Origin: the human T2T-CHM13v2.0 reference genome, Homo sapiens
Length of the DNA: 64,000 nt
Strand: one strand, 5' to 3'
Assembly (NCBI RefSeq): GCF_009914755.1
Contig: NC_060934.1
Part shown: positions 40,256 through 53,860 of the stretch, piece by piece
Numbering within the stretch: the stretch's first letter is position 1
Layout: every line of letters begins with the position of its first letter
Made by a program: the position numbers and the translations under genes
Notes under the pieces: generated by a model
Told to the model about the DNA's origin: nothing
The model's input: only the letters and a program-made list of their open reading frames with translations
The model's database searches: none

Positions 40256-42519
40256 GTGAGCCTGGATTTGCCGCGGAGCAGCTTGTGATTTTTGAAGTGT
40301 TATTATGACAATTGCCATTACGGAGTTGTAGCTGTACCTTTTAATTTGGTTGTCAAGGGAGACAGGGAGCAATAATTAAGGCTAAAAGATGGAGAGTGGA
40401 AGGCTTATTAAAGGATATGTTGAAGACGGGAATTTGATCTGAGAATTAGATTCTGATGAGCGCTGTTACTGCCGCCTGGGCACTCCTGAGTGACGGAGGC
40501 GCCGCACAGGCAATTACAGCAACAGACGTCTCCCTAATCTTTACAAGCCCAAACTCACTGCCACATCCATTTAAATTAATTTTTCTGAAGCCTGAAAGTT
40601 TATAGCTTCACCAAATTGGAGATTTGTTTGTTTATTGTTCATAGGAAATATTTTAGGGGAGCAAATAATGCTGAAAGCCATCACGTCTGTCTTGCTTGTC
40701 TTTTTAACTTGTAAAATTAATGCTATGAGATGAATCTGAAGGCTGCTGACTTTATGAAGCTGATGGGTACTTGGCAGCCAAACATTATTATGATTATCAG
40801 TGGAAGGTCACAGCAAAGCATGTAAAAGTCACAGCTGATTCAGGAGCTCCCTACATTGAGCAAAGGATTGGGGAAAAAAACTAAATCACAGGCTTGTGCT
40901 GTTTGGTGTTATAAGTGAGAAATCAGTCTTCCTTGCCTTGCTGAAACTGAAATTTTCAGGAACGGATTTTAAACAACTTTGGACATAGTTATTTCAAGAT
41001 GTCTGTTCCATAGAGATAGCAATAGTTCATTACCATCCACACTGAAAACCTATTTTAAGGAGTACTTTGCTGCACAAAGATTAATTTACTACATCATTTT
41101 TTTTCCTCCCAGTAACAGTAATGTAAGTAATTGTTGTACCTTAAATTGGCATTATATTTTGATAGCCTAGTTTTTAATATACAAAGAACTGTTCAGTGTA
41201 ACTGTTCAGAAACACAGAAATAGAGACAGAAAATAGGAATCTTTGGGAACAGCTCTCCATTTAAATCCCATTTATTGTTCTGATAGAGAGTGCTGGCTAA
41301 AGATGTTTCACCATAATAATAATGACTGAACCATGATTGTTTTGCAAGGAAGCTTCAAAAACTATCAGACATTTTTGTTGGTGATTTGGATATGGCAAAA
41401 TCTGAAAACCCACCCTGACTAAAAGTATTCCGTTCTTTCCCATCTGTTAAGACACGGTTATTTCCTGTGAAATTTCTATAATAGGGCTTTTATACATATA
41501 TAAAGTTGAGCAACACTCTGTGATATTAACTGGTGATAATTTTATAAGCTCGCCTAGTAATAAAAGAGCATTAATATCACAAAATAAAAATCAGTAGATA
41601 GTACCTATAGATAATGGAAGAAGAAATAACATGTGGTCTTAATAATGAATGTGGAAAATACTAAAAAGAGTAACATTTCTATATATTGGAGAGGAACTGG
41701 GGAAAATGGGGAGTAGCTGAGTCCTCAGTACATGGGGATATTGGTTATAATTTCTCATATTAAGCAGCATAAAGCTATTACTTAGGGACATGGTGATTTA
41801 ATATCAGAAATGATTAAATGATTTTAGTAGTTATCTTTGGGGGCACAGAAATGGGGATAAGGATGCTTCAGAGGGGGTGGAAGACAGAAGTTTTCATTTA
41901 TTATTTTTTTAATGATGTTCAAATATTTCTGTGATAAAACATTTAAAAGTACATTTAAAATTATATATGTACATTATATGTAGAGTGTGTGCCATAAGCT
42001 ACTAATTACTATGTCAAATGATTCAGCTTATCTTTTTTTGTGAAGCTAGATATTCTGCAAAGAAACGCTGCTAACACATTGTCTTACTTTTTGTCAATTT
42101 TAGTATGATGATGAGTAACTTATGAGTCAATATTACCGCACTTCCTGCAGATAAAACTTGAGTGGTAATACCTAAGGTATCAGTGTGTTGAGTTTCCAAT
42201 TAGCGTAGGCATTTAGGAATGCGCACACGCTACTTGATCTGGGGGCCCTGCTGTGATGACGTGTGCATGTGGTGCCTTGTTGGAGAAAGGCGCCGTCTTC
42301 TCTACCTGTTGCACGATAGCTCGGGGTAAACAGCCCTGTGTTACGTCTTTCCTATCACTGTGGCTGCAGCCCAGTATAGACTAAAGGCAGAGACAGCAAG
42401 AGGTTACAACGGGGATCCAACCATACCCTCTGCTCCTGAAGCAGGGAGGGCATACTGACTTGTTCCCTGTGGAAGCCCTGAGGCTCCTGTCCTAGTGGAT
42501 CATGCGTCCCTTGCACCCT

Positions 42520-43155
42520 TGTGAATGCGCACCCGGCTCTTTTGCAAGATGAGCAGTCCTCCAGGATACCAGCAGACCACCAGGTGGTTACAAGTTCCTG
42601 TCACCTGGGACAACCCATGAAAGAGAACAAAGATCCCTTATTTTGGATAGAATCCCCTCCCCAATCTCCCAACAATCAGCACCAAAAGCCCAAGAAGCTG
42701 TTAGCTACAAACTCCTGCCTTGGGTGTGGTCGGGGCCTCTCTGGGGTCCTGCATGTGCAGCTGGGCTTAAGGTTTAGCTTACAGTGGAAAAAGCTGATGG
42801 AGGAATAAGCCACTACTTTTTTCCTCATATTAATAGTAAAAAACACACCTCTAAGTGGAGATTTTCTACACTAATGACACATGTGGTGCGTGTTGGAGCT
42901 GGCAGACACTGAGCACGTGCGCCAACCACAGGTTCACCTTTGCCTCCCGGACCTCACCAGTATTTTATGAAGATGGATGTGCAGTTCCCATGAAAGGAAT
43001 TCCCCTCGAGGCACCAGGGGCCGCCTCTGCCTCTGAGCAGCCCGTTCTGCCTCAGAGTGGGCTTTCACTTCACAATACATTTCTGTGCCTCCTCTTGGAC
43101 TCGCTCTCAAATTCTTTTGTGCAGCAAAGTCAAAAAATCAGAACTAGCCCACCCA
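42520..43155 (+). mobile_element. Solo LTR (LTR47/MER72-like)
   Basis: TAATAGTAAAAAACACACCTCTAAGTGGAGATTTT...CTTGGACTCGCTCTCAAATTCTTTTGTGCAGCAAAGTCAA. Confidence 0.55.
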
Positions 43156-43799
43156 CCTACCTCACTCTCGGGCTGCCCTCTGCCTCTAGAACTTTCTCCT
43201 GAAAGCCATGAGGAGGGAATGAGTGTCCTCAGTCTGGGTCAGGGTTGAGCCGGTAACGTTCTATAACCTCAGGGGCTGTGCGTTTGCTCGAAAGTATTAC
43301 ATGCATTTTGGGCTGAGGCTTTACTAGATTGTTGTTTATCAGTCCTTGCAGTGGCAGCGTATCGAATCAATTGAAGGAAGAGTCAGGCTTTGTAAAATGT
43401 GATGGAAAAAATTCGATGTTGGGAAGGTCTTAGTTTACGACGCGAAGTCTTCTATCCTATTATTTCTCACGAGCTCGCGCTTGCTGCGCGTTTACAGAGG
43501 TAGTGAGCACTAATCGAGGATCCAGAGACAAGCGTGTTATCTCAGCTCAGCCAGTGAGCAGCCTGAGATCTTGGCAAAATTACTCAAAGGAGTGTGTGCT
43601 TCTTCCTCAGTTATATATGGTCACTGCTACCTTCCCTACGTGACACTTCTTTCTGTTTGTTCAACCAACACCGATGGTGTGCGCAGGCAGTAAGACATGG
43701 TCTTCATTCCCTAGCTCCATAAAACTTAAAATCTGGGGGAGAAAATAAAGACGCCAAGCCAGCCCTGCATAAATGAAAAGATAGATCATCTTCCTGATT

Positions 43800-44830
43800 G
43801 AAAATACTTAACGTCATAAAGGTATTTTAAATCACCCCTCTAGAAAATCTAGAATACAGAAATTCAGCTATGTTATTTGTAATGGAACTTAGTAAGCAAA
43901 CTCTAATATTAGAGAGAAAGAATATGTACAACATTACTCCAGAAAATGTTGAAAAAGAACAGTAAAAGGGATTTGAAATACTAAATATGAAAACATCCTA
44001 TTAAAATACAGTAATTAAAGTAGTAAAAAAAAAATAAAGAGAAAAATCAGTCAATGAAGAAAGGAAGGACTCTGCCAGCCTGGTGTTAGGATAATAACAA
44101 CATACTTATCAAAGTTTTAAAATAAAAAACACATGCCAACATAATACACACATATAAATATATACATGGAACAAAAAGAGAAGATAAACATAGACTGTTG
44201 GGTTTTTGAAAGGGAATTCCCGATGTTTACAGAGATTACTCAAATATAAATTAATGCAGATGAGAGAGTGGCAATTTAATGTTCAAATTAGACTTAAAAA
44301 TATATACTCCAATAGCAAGTATAAAAATTATTGCAAATGGCTGACTTCAACAACCCCTTCCCAAGCATAAATTCCAGATGCTGTCAGCACTTTCATGAAA
44401 CTGATTATATAAGCAAGATATTTAAGTTTTTTTCTTGAGCTTAAAAAATGGGATACATAGGCATGTGTGTGTGTCTGTGTGTATATTATATGTGTATATG
44501 GTATCTACAGTTATATATACATACATAGTTTTTATTAGAGATACTGCATAACTCTGATGCTAACACAGCAAAAGGTATGATATTTGCTGAAGAAAAGTAA
44601 ACATCTCTCTATGAAATGAAGACAAATGCTTAATTAAATTATTAGAAATTCTATCTTGCAGTATATTAAAATGATACCTGAATATGAAAAATGAAGATGG
44701 CTTCACACTGGAATCTTATAAATAATGTTAGCAGTAAGTTAAGTAGAAACATACATCATCATCTCAATAGATTTATAAAACATATGAAAAAGTAGACAAT
44801 TTTAAATGTGTATCTGATATAATAATTACT
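43800..44830 (+). mobile_element. Highly decayed L1M fragments
   Basis: A-rich, with L1 ORF2-like remnants (CATCATCATCTCAATAGAT). Confidence 0.45.
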
Positions 44831-47800
44831 AAACTGAAAGCATAGGAATTTTATACTATTTAATTTTATATTCATTGCTTTTTCCTGAAATTTTTAATAA
44901 TCTTATTTTGTCTACATATATATGGTCAAAATTTTATTGAAGAAATCAAAGTATGATAAGAAGTCATCATGAAGTGGATTTGTTCATCAAAATTTCTTTA
45001 GGGCTTTTCTTTCTGAGGACATGGTGTCACCATGCATTAAAAGACTTTGTAATCCTCAAGTTTATTAACTTAAAATGTTATACGCACACACATAAACATG
45101 TGTAAACACACACACATGAGACTTTCCCTTTCTCCCAGGAGCTGGTTGTTTACATGAAATATTAAACAAGTTCTTTCTGAGCTCACAGATAATAAGATAG
45201 TGAAATGTTTGCTTGGAACAAGGGTAACAGTCTCTAGAGAAGACACTTTACCTGCAGTTATATTCCGCACCCATTATAAATCAGAGCTGCTTTTCTAAAA
45301 CCAGCTTCTGTGAAGTATTCTCTGTAAGTCACCACCAAGCATAATAAAAAGATGTTTCAATTAGGAGAAACAACATGACCTAATTGTTTAAAAGAACACT
45401 GACAAGAAAGACAATATCTTTTTCATTGGACAGTAAGTATAAAACAAAGGAATCCTATTTTAAACAAACCGTGCTTCTAAAGCATGGATCTTTAGTCTGT
45501 GATTGCTGGATTCCTAAGGAGCCTCCTGGCCGTATGTGTGCATATGTTCAACGTCTGTTTCCGTGCATTGCCGTTTTACAGATGTTTCGCCAGTTGTCTC
45601 ATTACTGTAGGTGCACTTGGGAAACAGGATACAAGAAGGAATGTTTACCCATGGTGTTTTGTTCACCGCCCAAATGTCTCAGAAAGTGAGGACAGTGCTG
45701 ACTGTCAGGCAGAGGAGAGAAGGCAGAGATGTCCATCAGTGCCTGAAGCAGCCCATTCACTGGTCCTGCCTCCCGAATGCCTCCAGCATCTTCTTCAAGC
45801 AGCTGCACGCTGTGCAGGAGCCCTAGTCCGGGATGCACTTGCCCCCGGGGTTGGGTGAACACCCTTGGTGCCCCTCCATTATGGACTCTCCTGTTACTGC
45901 TTCCCTGTCTGATGAAGTTGAGCAATTTCCTCCAGACCACTATCTGCTCACCCTGTTATTTCCATGCACATTGAAAAAAAAAAAAAAAAAAAAAACCTTA
46001 GGAAAATCATCAGTTTGTGACATTTGTCTATCATTTTTCTTGTTTCAGCATTGGAACAAGACATGCTGGCATTGACATTGTTGCCTTATAAATAGCACAG
46101 AATGATTTTATTTAAGCAAGCATACATTTTCCAATGGCTTCTAAAGGTTTGTCTAGCCTACAAATTAAGTCAGCTTACATTAATATTGATTACATATAAA
46201 ACACTATTTATCATTACATCTACTCTCATTGAACGTATAATAGACAATTATGGCTTATAACATGTCTTCCGTGTTACATATAAAATTTTAACTTACAAAT
46301 TTCCCTTTTATTCAAACTTATTTTTATTTATATAACTCAAATGTATAGGATACATTTATATTCAATGTACAAACATTAGCCACAATTAGCTTTCCTTAAC
46401 TTCTTGTCTCTCTTATGTGATAATGCCAGTATATCTCTTATTGTATCAAAATATATTCAGTTTTTCAAAAAATGGGTATATATTGTAAAGAAGTTCTGCA
46501 TAATTCTAAGAGTAATTCTAATAGAGTCCAGGCCAACCTCAGACTCACGAAATTATTTTACTGTAGAATTTGCAACAAATGAATAAGAAAAAGTTGAAAT
46601 AAATGAAGTATGATAAGTCTTTTTGGTAAGGAATGCAATATTTCAGAAGAGTCTGTACATATTAATGTGATCAATACAGAAAGAGAAGAGATATTCTAAA
46701 CTTGAGTCCAGGGCAATTCAATATTTAGAACAAATTTTGGATTTATTCCAACTGATAGAAGTTTATTGGTTCATCTAATATAGTTAAAAACAAAACAAAG
46801 AAGAACAACAACCTGTCCAGCTGTGAGGAGTTAATACTTAAGAGAATATCAACCTTGAGACCCGATGGATGAAAATGTTCCTAAAGAAAAGCAGACGTGA
46901 ATGACAATGGTTCAGTTACTGTTAAGAGACTGACTTCACACTATGAGCCTCGAGCAGACTACATATATGTACATTTTATGATCAAGGAAGGTTATGTGAA
47001 CGATAATGAAGTCGGGAGAAATTCACAGGAGGATATTATGTCCATATGTAGTTTGTGTGTAAGTAGAAGTTATGAAGTGTCCAAATCATGGTGATCAGCC
47101 CTTCCATCTTTAGAAAGTGGAGACACTTCTGGTTGGAACACAAAGCATCCTGGGAAATCACGAGCCCATGAAACACACAGGATCTCTGAAGCTTAACGGT
47201 GCATTTTAATGCTCAGAGTAATGATTTTCATTAGACTGCCTCTTAATTCCTTCCCACCTGGGAAAATGTTTCTCATCTCAAGAAATTGCAAACCTGTTAG
47301 AAAGTTCTGATTAAGTCACCTTATAGAAATAGAATTTTCATTCACTGGAACATTTCTAAATGTATCCTGATATAAGTTTTAGATAGCAGGAAGTTGTAAA
47401 CATGAGCTTCGTAGGCAAGATAAATGGATCAAACCCTGGCCCTTTACATTGAATATTTAGATGACTGTGGACAATTAATTCAATGTTATGCTCAGTATGG
47501 TATAAGCAACACACATAGCAGTCCCGGTGAAGAATACAAATCCCATGTCTCAATTTTCTAGAATAAAATAAGATTAAAATGTGTTTTATATATCTGTGTG
47601 AAAGCTAAAAAATGTTGTACATAAATTACAGTAATTTTTCAGGTTACTTACTTTCAAAATCAAAAAATTATTTCAATAGATAGAAGATAATGAATATAAT
47701 GTTTCTGTATAATTCAGTCATTTAATAGTTAAATTTTATGAATGCGTATTTGTTTTATTTTGCATCGTCTTAACTAGATTCTGTTAATTAATCTCTTAAG

Positions 47801-47919
47801 ATATTTTTCACCTACTGAAATCATTAAACATTGTCTCCGTTCATGATCTCTTTGACACCTTAAAGAACATCTTCACTTTGACAATACGTATAAACTAGTT
47901 TCTGTCATTAATGCTGTAT

Positions 47920-48210
47920 CTTTTTAAAATTAAATTGTATTGCGTATATTTAAGGTATATAAATGATGTTATAGGATACATATATATATATATATATATA
48001 GTAAAAAGGTTACTGTAGTGAAGGAAATTAACATGTATGATCTCACAGTTACCCATTTTTTTCTGTATTTTTTTTGGGGGGCAATACCAGCTAAACTCTA
48101 CTTATTCAGCATGAATTCCATACAGTACAACTGTATGACCTGTGGTCCTCACACAACACATTAGCCCTCCAGGCCACCTGATGTCCTCTGTCCTGGTCTC
48201 CCCATGCCCT
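47920..48210 (-). mobile_element. L1MA-type 3' end with (TA)n
   Basis: TTAATTGTAT-like start, TATATTTAAGGTATAT...ATAGTAAAAAGGTTACTGTAGTGAAG. Confidence 0.7.
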
Positions 48211-49679
48211 CCCCATGCAGGATTTTCAGTACACCTGCTTTGTTTATTATACTATTTATTTCCAATGCGCAATACCTGTGTTGTTTTAAATTTAAGATTA
48301 CAAAGTTACAAAATTCTTGTCACAATTTCTAAAGAAAAGATGGATTTTTAGGATTTAACAAATTGACTTTATATATATGTATATGTGTGTGTGTGTATGT
48401 GTATGTGTGTATTTGTGTGTATGTATGGGTGTGTGTATGTGTGTGTAGTGTCCATAGGTGTATGTGTATGTGTGTGTTGTTGACAGGTTGACAGAATCTA
48501 CAGCTTAATTTGTGAAGGACGGAAAAGAAGCTAGTTCTTTTAAAAAATCAATAAGAATTGATTGTCAAGTAAAATAACATATATCTAGGAAATACAGGGA
48601 TTTTTAGAAATGTAATCTGATAAATTTCATTTTATGCTATGTTCAGAATTTAATATGCTGTGGAAAAAAACACCCAGGAGCAGATTATGCCCCACAAGCC
48701 TCTGGATGATTTAGACAGAGCCTTTTTAACTTCACGTCCTCAAAAACTCTCTCCCAACCTAGGTTGCTGGGTAAACTTGCTTATATTCTTAAAATCATGG
48801 TCCCACAGGGAACTGTAGTCCCTGGTGATGAATCAGAGTCTCTCCTAGTTGTTTGACAGCCAGGGTAAAATTTAAGTTTCCAAATAGAAGCCTGTACAAT
48901 AGAAGGAGCAGAAGATTTGGAGTCAGAATTTCAAATTCAAATCTTTGAATTTGCTGCAAATGGACTCTATGATCATTAGCAATTGGCTTTGACTTCCTGA
49001 AATTTGTCAACTCATCCATTAAAAACGTATGAAAATAATACTATCACTTAGAATTGTTTTGGAAATTTAATGAGCAATGGCACAAGAAAGTGCTTTGTAT
49101 AATTTAAACTACTATTTATGGTTTTTCTTTTACAAGCTCCAGCTGGTGTAAGGCATACTCTTAATAATATCTTTACTGTTTTTATTCAGCCCTATCTTAA
49201 ATAAAGCACCAGAGACAGAGGTGCCTCTGTATCCGTTTTTCTTCTTTCCTTATCAGGAAAGGGTATTTATACCTTCCCAGAGGGATATATAAATTTATGT
49301 ATATCATCTTTAAATGATTTGGTATTTAGTAAATTGTAAGAAATGGTATACTCCATGCATTACTCACTGTTAAACTTATGTTGAAATCTACCCATGCTTA
49401 TAATTTTAAATCTGGCTAGACAAAATGACTCTATTTAGTGAGCTTTTACTTTCACTTTGTGGTGCAATAGCAAGCCCTAAGTTTAAGGTCTAATTCTCTG
49501 GACTCTGTGGTGTTCTTTTATTCAGTAACAGTTTCTAAAATTTATAATTTTAATGAGCAAACAAACATAAACTTTACTGAGCATCAACAGTGTGCCGTGA
49601 GCATAGCATAGATCAGGACTGTAAAGGTTCATATGCCATGAACCTGTCTTCAAGGTGCTCACTAAGGGGGGAGAGAAGC

Positions 49680-49689
49680 GTGTGTGTGT

Positions 49690-49731
<42 letters not shown>
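49680..49731 (+). repeat. (TG)n microsatellite
   Basis: ~25 TG units with one interruption. Confidence 0.97.
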
Positions 49732-49734
<3 letters not shown>

Positions 49735-50066
49735 CACTAGAGGGTAGTTTCCAAACTCATAATTGTTAAAGTAATGCATGTTATCCCAACTTCCATTTCT
49801 AATCTCCTCTCAACCCACAGGTCAGGGATGACTATGTTGACATAATCTTTCACTTTCTCAACTATGATAATCACAAGAAGCTCTGGCATTGTCTTTTAAA
49901 GATGTGTCGATGAAGACATTGTCATCATTGTGAATTACTTCAAGCATCAAGGAAGTCCTTCCACGTATTCTTTCTGGCAGAGAGCAGGTTCTTACCTCTG
50001 GAACTAAAAGCAGGTGCAATGGATTGAATAATTCATAGATAGACAGTCTCACTCAGCCTCACATAC

Positions 50067-50275
50067 ACCGGCAGTTCTGCAGTGGGGGCGATTTTGCCCT
50101 CCAGGAGACATTTGGTGGCATATGATCACAATTTTATTGTCACACTGCGGAGTGTCCCTGGCATCTAGGAGGTAGCATCTGAGGATGCTACTGACCAGCC
50201 TGCAGTGCACAGGATGGTCCCTGCAACAGCTGATGCAGCCCAGGATGTCCGAGTGTTGAGGCTGAGAGCCCACGG
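50067..50275. mobile_element. MER20 hAT-Charlie element
   Basis: GGGGGCGATTTTGCCCTCCAGGAGACATTTGG...CTGGCATCTAG...GCAGTGCACAGGA...GAGGCTGAGA. Confidence 0.85.
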
Positions 50276-52057
50276 TTAACCATCAGTCAGAGGCTGGAGG
50301 TATCTCGGCAGAACATTCACACCAGACGTCTCCTTCACAGCCATGCCCAAGCACGTCTACTGCTATGACAGCAAAGTGACAGTGAAACCCGCCTCTGCCT
50401 TCCCATCCTTTTCAGGTATCAAGTCAGCAAAGTGAGCTTAGAAATTAAGAACTGCAAATATTCTTACAGTTTATTAAGCTTTTATCCTTTTACTTGCGTA
50501 TGAGGAGAACTCAAATATTCAAAGTTAATCAGCAACTTAGCAGTGAAGTCAGAACAGAAATTCCTGTGTCTAGAACCCAAATTCCTTGAGTATGAAATTT
50601 ACAATGAACTGACAGAGAGGGAAGCCTGGCAAACCAGCCGTCTGGAGGGACCTGTTTGCCTGGGTGACATTTGCAGGCCACACTGTCCTGGTTTCTGGAT
50701 TCAGAAGGTTTGGTGTCTGTCTACAGGGACACACAGCACTCTGGTGCTGGCGTGGAGCCTGAACGCGAGCGGATTCAAGACACCAAGAGTTAGAGGTAAG
50801 TGTGCATTCCTTTGTGTTTTATCACTTCTGTACAAAATACGGAGGAGGCCTGATGCAAGATGATGTTAATGTAGTTTCATCTTTTTTTTTTTACTCTAAT
50901 TGTTTCATTTATTTATTTACTTATTCATTTTTCCACTCATCTATTTTTAGCTGCTTCAATAAAGATGTCCTTGTCTGAACATCCCAAACAATTCTTTCTT
51001 CAATCTGTATTGACCCAATTAGTTGCTTCTCAGCAATATTTGTCTAGTTATGTACTAGCTTAAGCCTCCCCCCAAGTAGCTGATTTAATCAGCGATATTC
51101 ACAATTAGAATTGTTTCCTTCTAGAAGCTGAAAGTCTGTGGTTAATTTAACCTAGAGGGCGACTTATTTTGATGGCCTGAACCTTCTGCCTTGGTTCAAA
51201 TGAGTATTCTGAGTCTTTGGACCATGGCTGCTACTTTCCCCCGACAATGTGAAGTGGAAAGAGATTTTCCTATTTTACATTAAATGAAGGATGTGCTGAA
51301 TATAATTTCCTCACCTGTAAAGAAAAACTTTCTCAAACACAGTCTCTTCGTGATCCTAGAAATCACCAGCCCAGGTCAATGCATCTTAGGTGAGTATCTT
51401 TGAATCATTCTCAGTATCACGTGGGCTACTCTGCCATGCCACGTTCCTGATGTCTCAAAGCCTTTACATTAGAGAGTTTATTACCATTTTTTTAAAAAGC
51501 CAACCAATGCATTCTTGATCTATAATGTCTTTATTTAATAATATAATTTGATAATAGACTCCATCTCTTGGGATGGAAATTGAATTTCTCCAGAAGCAGA
51601 ACATAGAGACCTTTATGTGGGAATGTTGCAGACCTGCAGATACTTCTCCCTCATGAAGCTGATCCCTATGAGTCTGCAGATATTTCTCGCTCGTGAATCT
51701 GATCCCTGCACTTCTTTGACAGCAATAAATCCTGTCTTAATTCAGGTGCTAGAGAGGCCAACAGAATTGCCTGACTTTAAACCACTGTTCCCACGTTCCC
51801 AGCTGCCTTTACTGGTCTCATCTTCCTATTGCCCACTACACATGGAATTATCCTGTTCTATGATTGCTTAATTGAATTCAGCTCATTTTAAAAATTACAA
51901 TTATTTCGACAATGATACTTCAACTTATAATAATTGACTGTTGAGGTCAAGCGAATAATAATATCGGAAAGCCCCTGGGATTGAGGATTATAGCATAAAT
52001 AATTCACATGAGACCTTTACGTGTCTGCAGATGTCATTATATCACTATGAATTTTCC

Positions 52058-52278
52058 TTTTTTTTTTTCCTGTCACTCAGACTGGAGTGCAGTGGTGTGA
52101 TCATGGCTTACTACAGCCTCCACCTCCTGAGCTCAGGTGATCCTCCCACATCATCCTCTTGAGTAACTGGGACTGTAGGAGTGCACCACAAGTCCCGGCT
52201 AATTTTTGTATTTTTTTGTAGAGGTGGGTTTTGCCATGTTGCCCAGGCTGGTCTCAAATTCCTGAGCTCAAGCAATCA
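52058..52278 (-). mobile_element. Truncated AluJ
   Basis: Antisense Alu; TSD-like ACTATGAAT on both sides. Confidence 0.85.
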
Positions 52279-53515
52279 GCTTACTATGAATCTTCATAGA
52301 TGGTAGGATCCTGAAAAAGTAATCATTATAAATGTGGATCTTTATGATTGATCAGGTTCTGAATCTGCCCAGACCCTCTAAGGGAATGTTTTCAATTGTG
52401 TTTTTTTCACAACTAAACTGAAGTATTTGATTTGAACTAGTTCTTAAATACCACTTTAGAAGAATCGAATTCACACTTTAAACAACATGAGGCAGGACGG
52501 AGAGTGTAAATTACATTTAAAGTAGCTAAATGTGAAACACTCACAGTTTTGTTTTTTTTTTTGTTTGTTTGTTTTTTTTTTGGTCATAGGTGTTAGGAAC
52601 TTGTTACCAAAATATATAAAAATTTATTTTTTAAAAAAGCTTTTCATTGTGGATGTCTAAAATCCATCAAATTTCCCCACTGAGTTTGTTTTATTTACTT
52701 CTATTACCACATTGTTCTTAAGAAATGATTGAAATGGGAAAATAATAGACAAACTTAAAATATCGGAAATACAAAGTCTCATAATTTGGACGATAGGAGT
52801 CCGTGACCGCTCAAAATGCAGAGATGACCTCTTGTCTCTTTGTCTTCTGCCGCCCTCTTCCTCCATGTCCACGTCTGTCTTCTGCTTCTGTCTGCCCTCC
52901 CACCCAGCCTTGCCTTTGCCTGCCCCTACTCCAGGGCTCCCTTTGATTTAAGGCTCTTATTCCAGGCGACCCGTCAGTGTCTCTCCCAGTGCTGACCTGC
53001 TTTGCGGCTCGTCACATGCAACACGAGGTGGCCAATACAGGGATGTGGCAGCAAATGAGCAGCGATTTGCAGAGGGCAACACTTAGGGTGGTTTTAGCCG
53101 ATTGTAACGTGGAGAGCTATTTAATAATTACTATTAGATTATAGCCATTTCCCTGTAGCAAAAATCAAAAATGTCGAGGACATGCACTTCTGGACAAGTA
53201 GAGTCATAGGCCCTGGGTTTACTCTCTTGCCTGAAACAATGAATATGTAAAACCAGAAAAAGTCTCTAAAACCATGTTTTTCAAGACGCCGGATATTCAG
53301 CAACGAAGCACAGCGATGCTGAAGGGACAGGAAAGGAAGAACGGCGCTGATTTCCTTCCCTGGCGACCTCAGGGGGTCTTCTGGCCATGGCACAGGGAGT
53401 GGGAACCCAGGAAGGTGCTGCAGTCCCGGCAAGGCAGGGAGGAGTCGGCTCAGGAGAAGTCAGGGCAGTGCAGGTTCCAGGTCACGGTGCTGGAGGGACG
53501 AGGGACGCACAGAAG

Positions 53516-53860
53516 GGTTACAGGACTTTTCCTAAGTTCAGTTAAAGACAGGGTCCTTCTCACACGGCCCCCAAAATTTAGGCTTGCAGACGATTTGAAA
53601 AGTCAGAATAATGAGATTTATTGGGCAAAAAGGAAAAAGAGGGGAACAGGGACTCCACACGAGGCAGAGCTCGTGATCCTGCAGACTTCCTGCCTCACAG
53701 ATTGAATCCCAGTTTCCACACAGGAACAGGGGGGCGGGCTCCAGGAAGAGGAAGGACCACGCTCCTCCTCACTGCATAGGATGCGAACTTCCCGAGGCTC
53801 CGCCCTAGTTGCCAGTCGGTTGGAGTTTTGCCCAGGAGCCCTTCCAACCTGGCTGTCTCA
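53516..53860 (-). mobile_element. MER48 ERV1 solo LTR
   Basis: Reverse complement begins TGAGACAGCCAGGTTGGAAGGG...AACTCCAACCG...GGAGCCTCGGGAAGTTCGC. Confidence 0.82.

Noticed and set aside
49734-49747. CTCF-like motif CCACTAGAGGGTAG (weaker ones near 42578, 51151, 53021)
   Set aside because: Mismatch at a high-information position; single motif matches are expected by chance in 64 kb.
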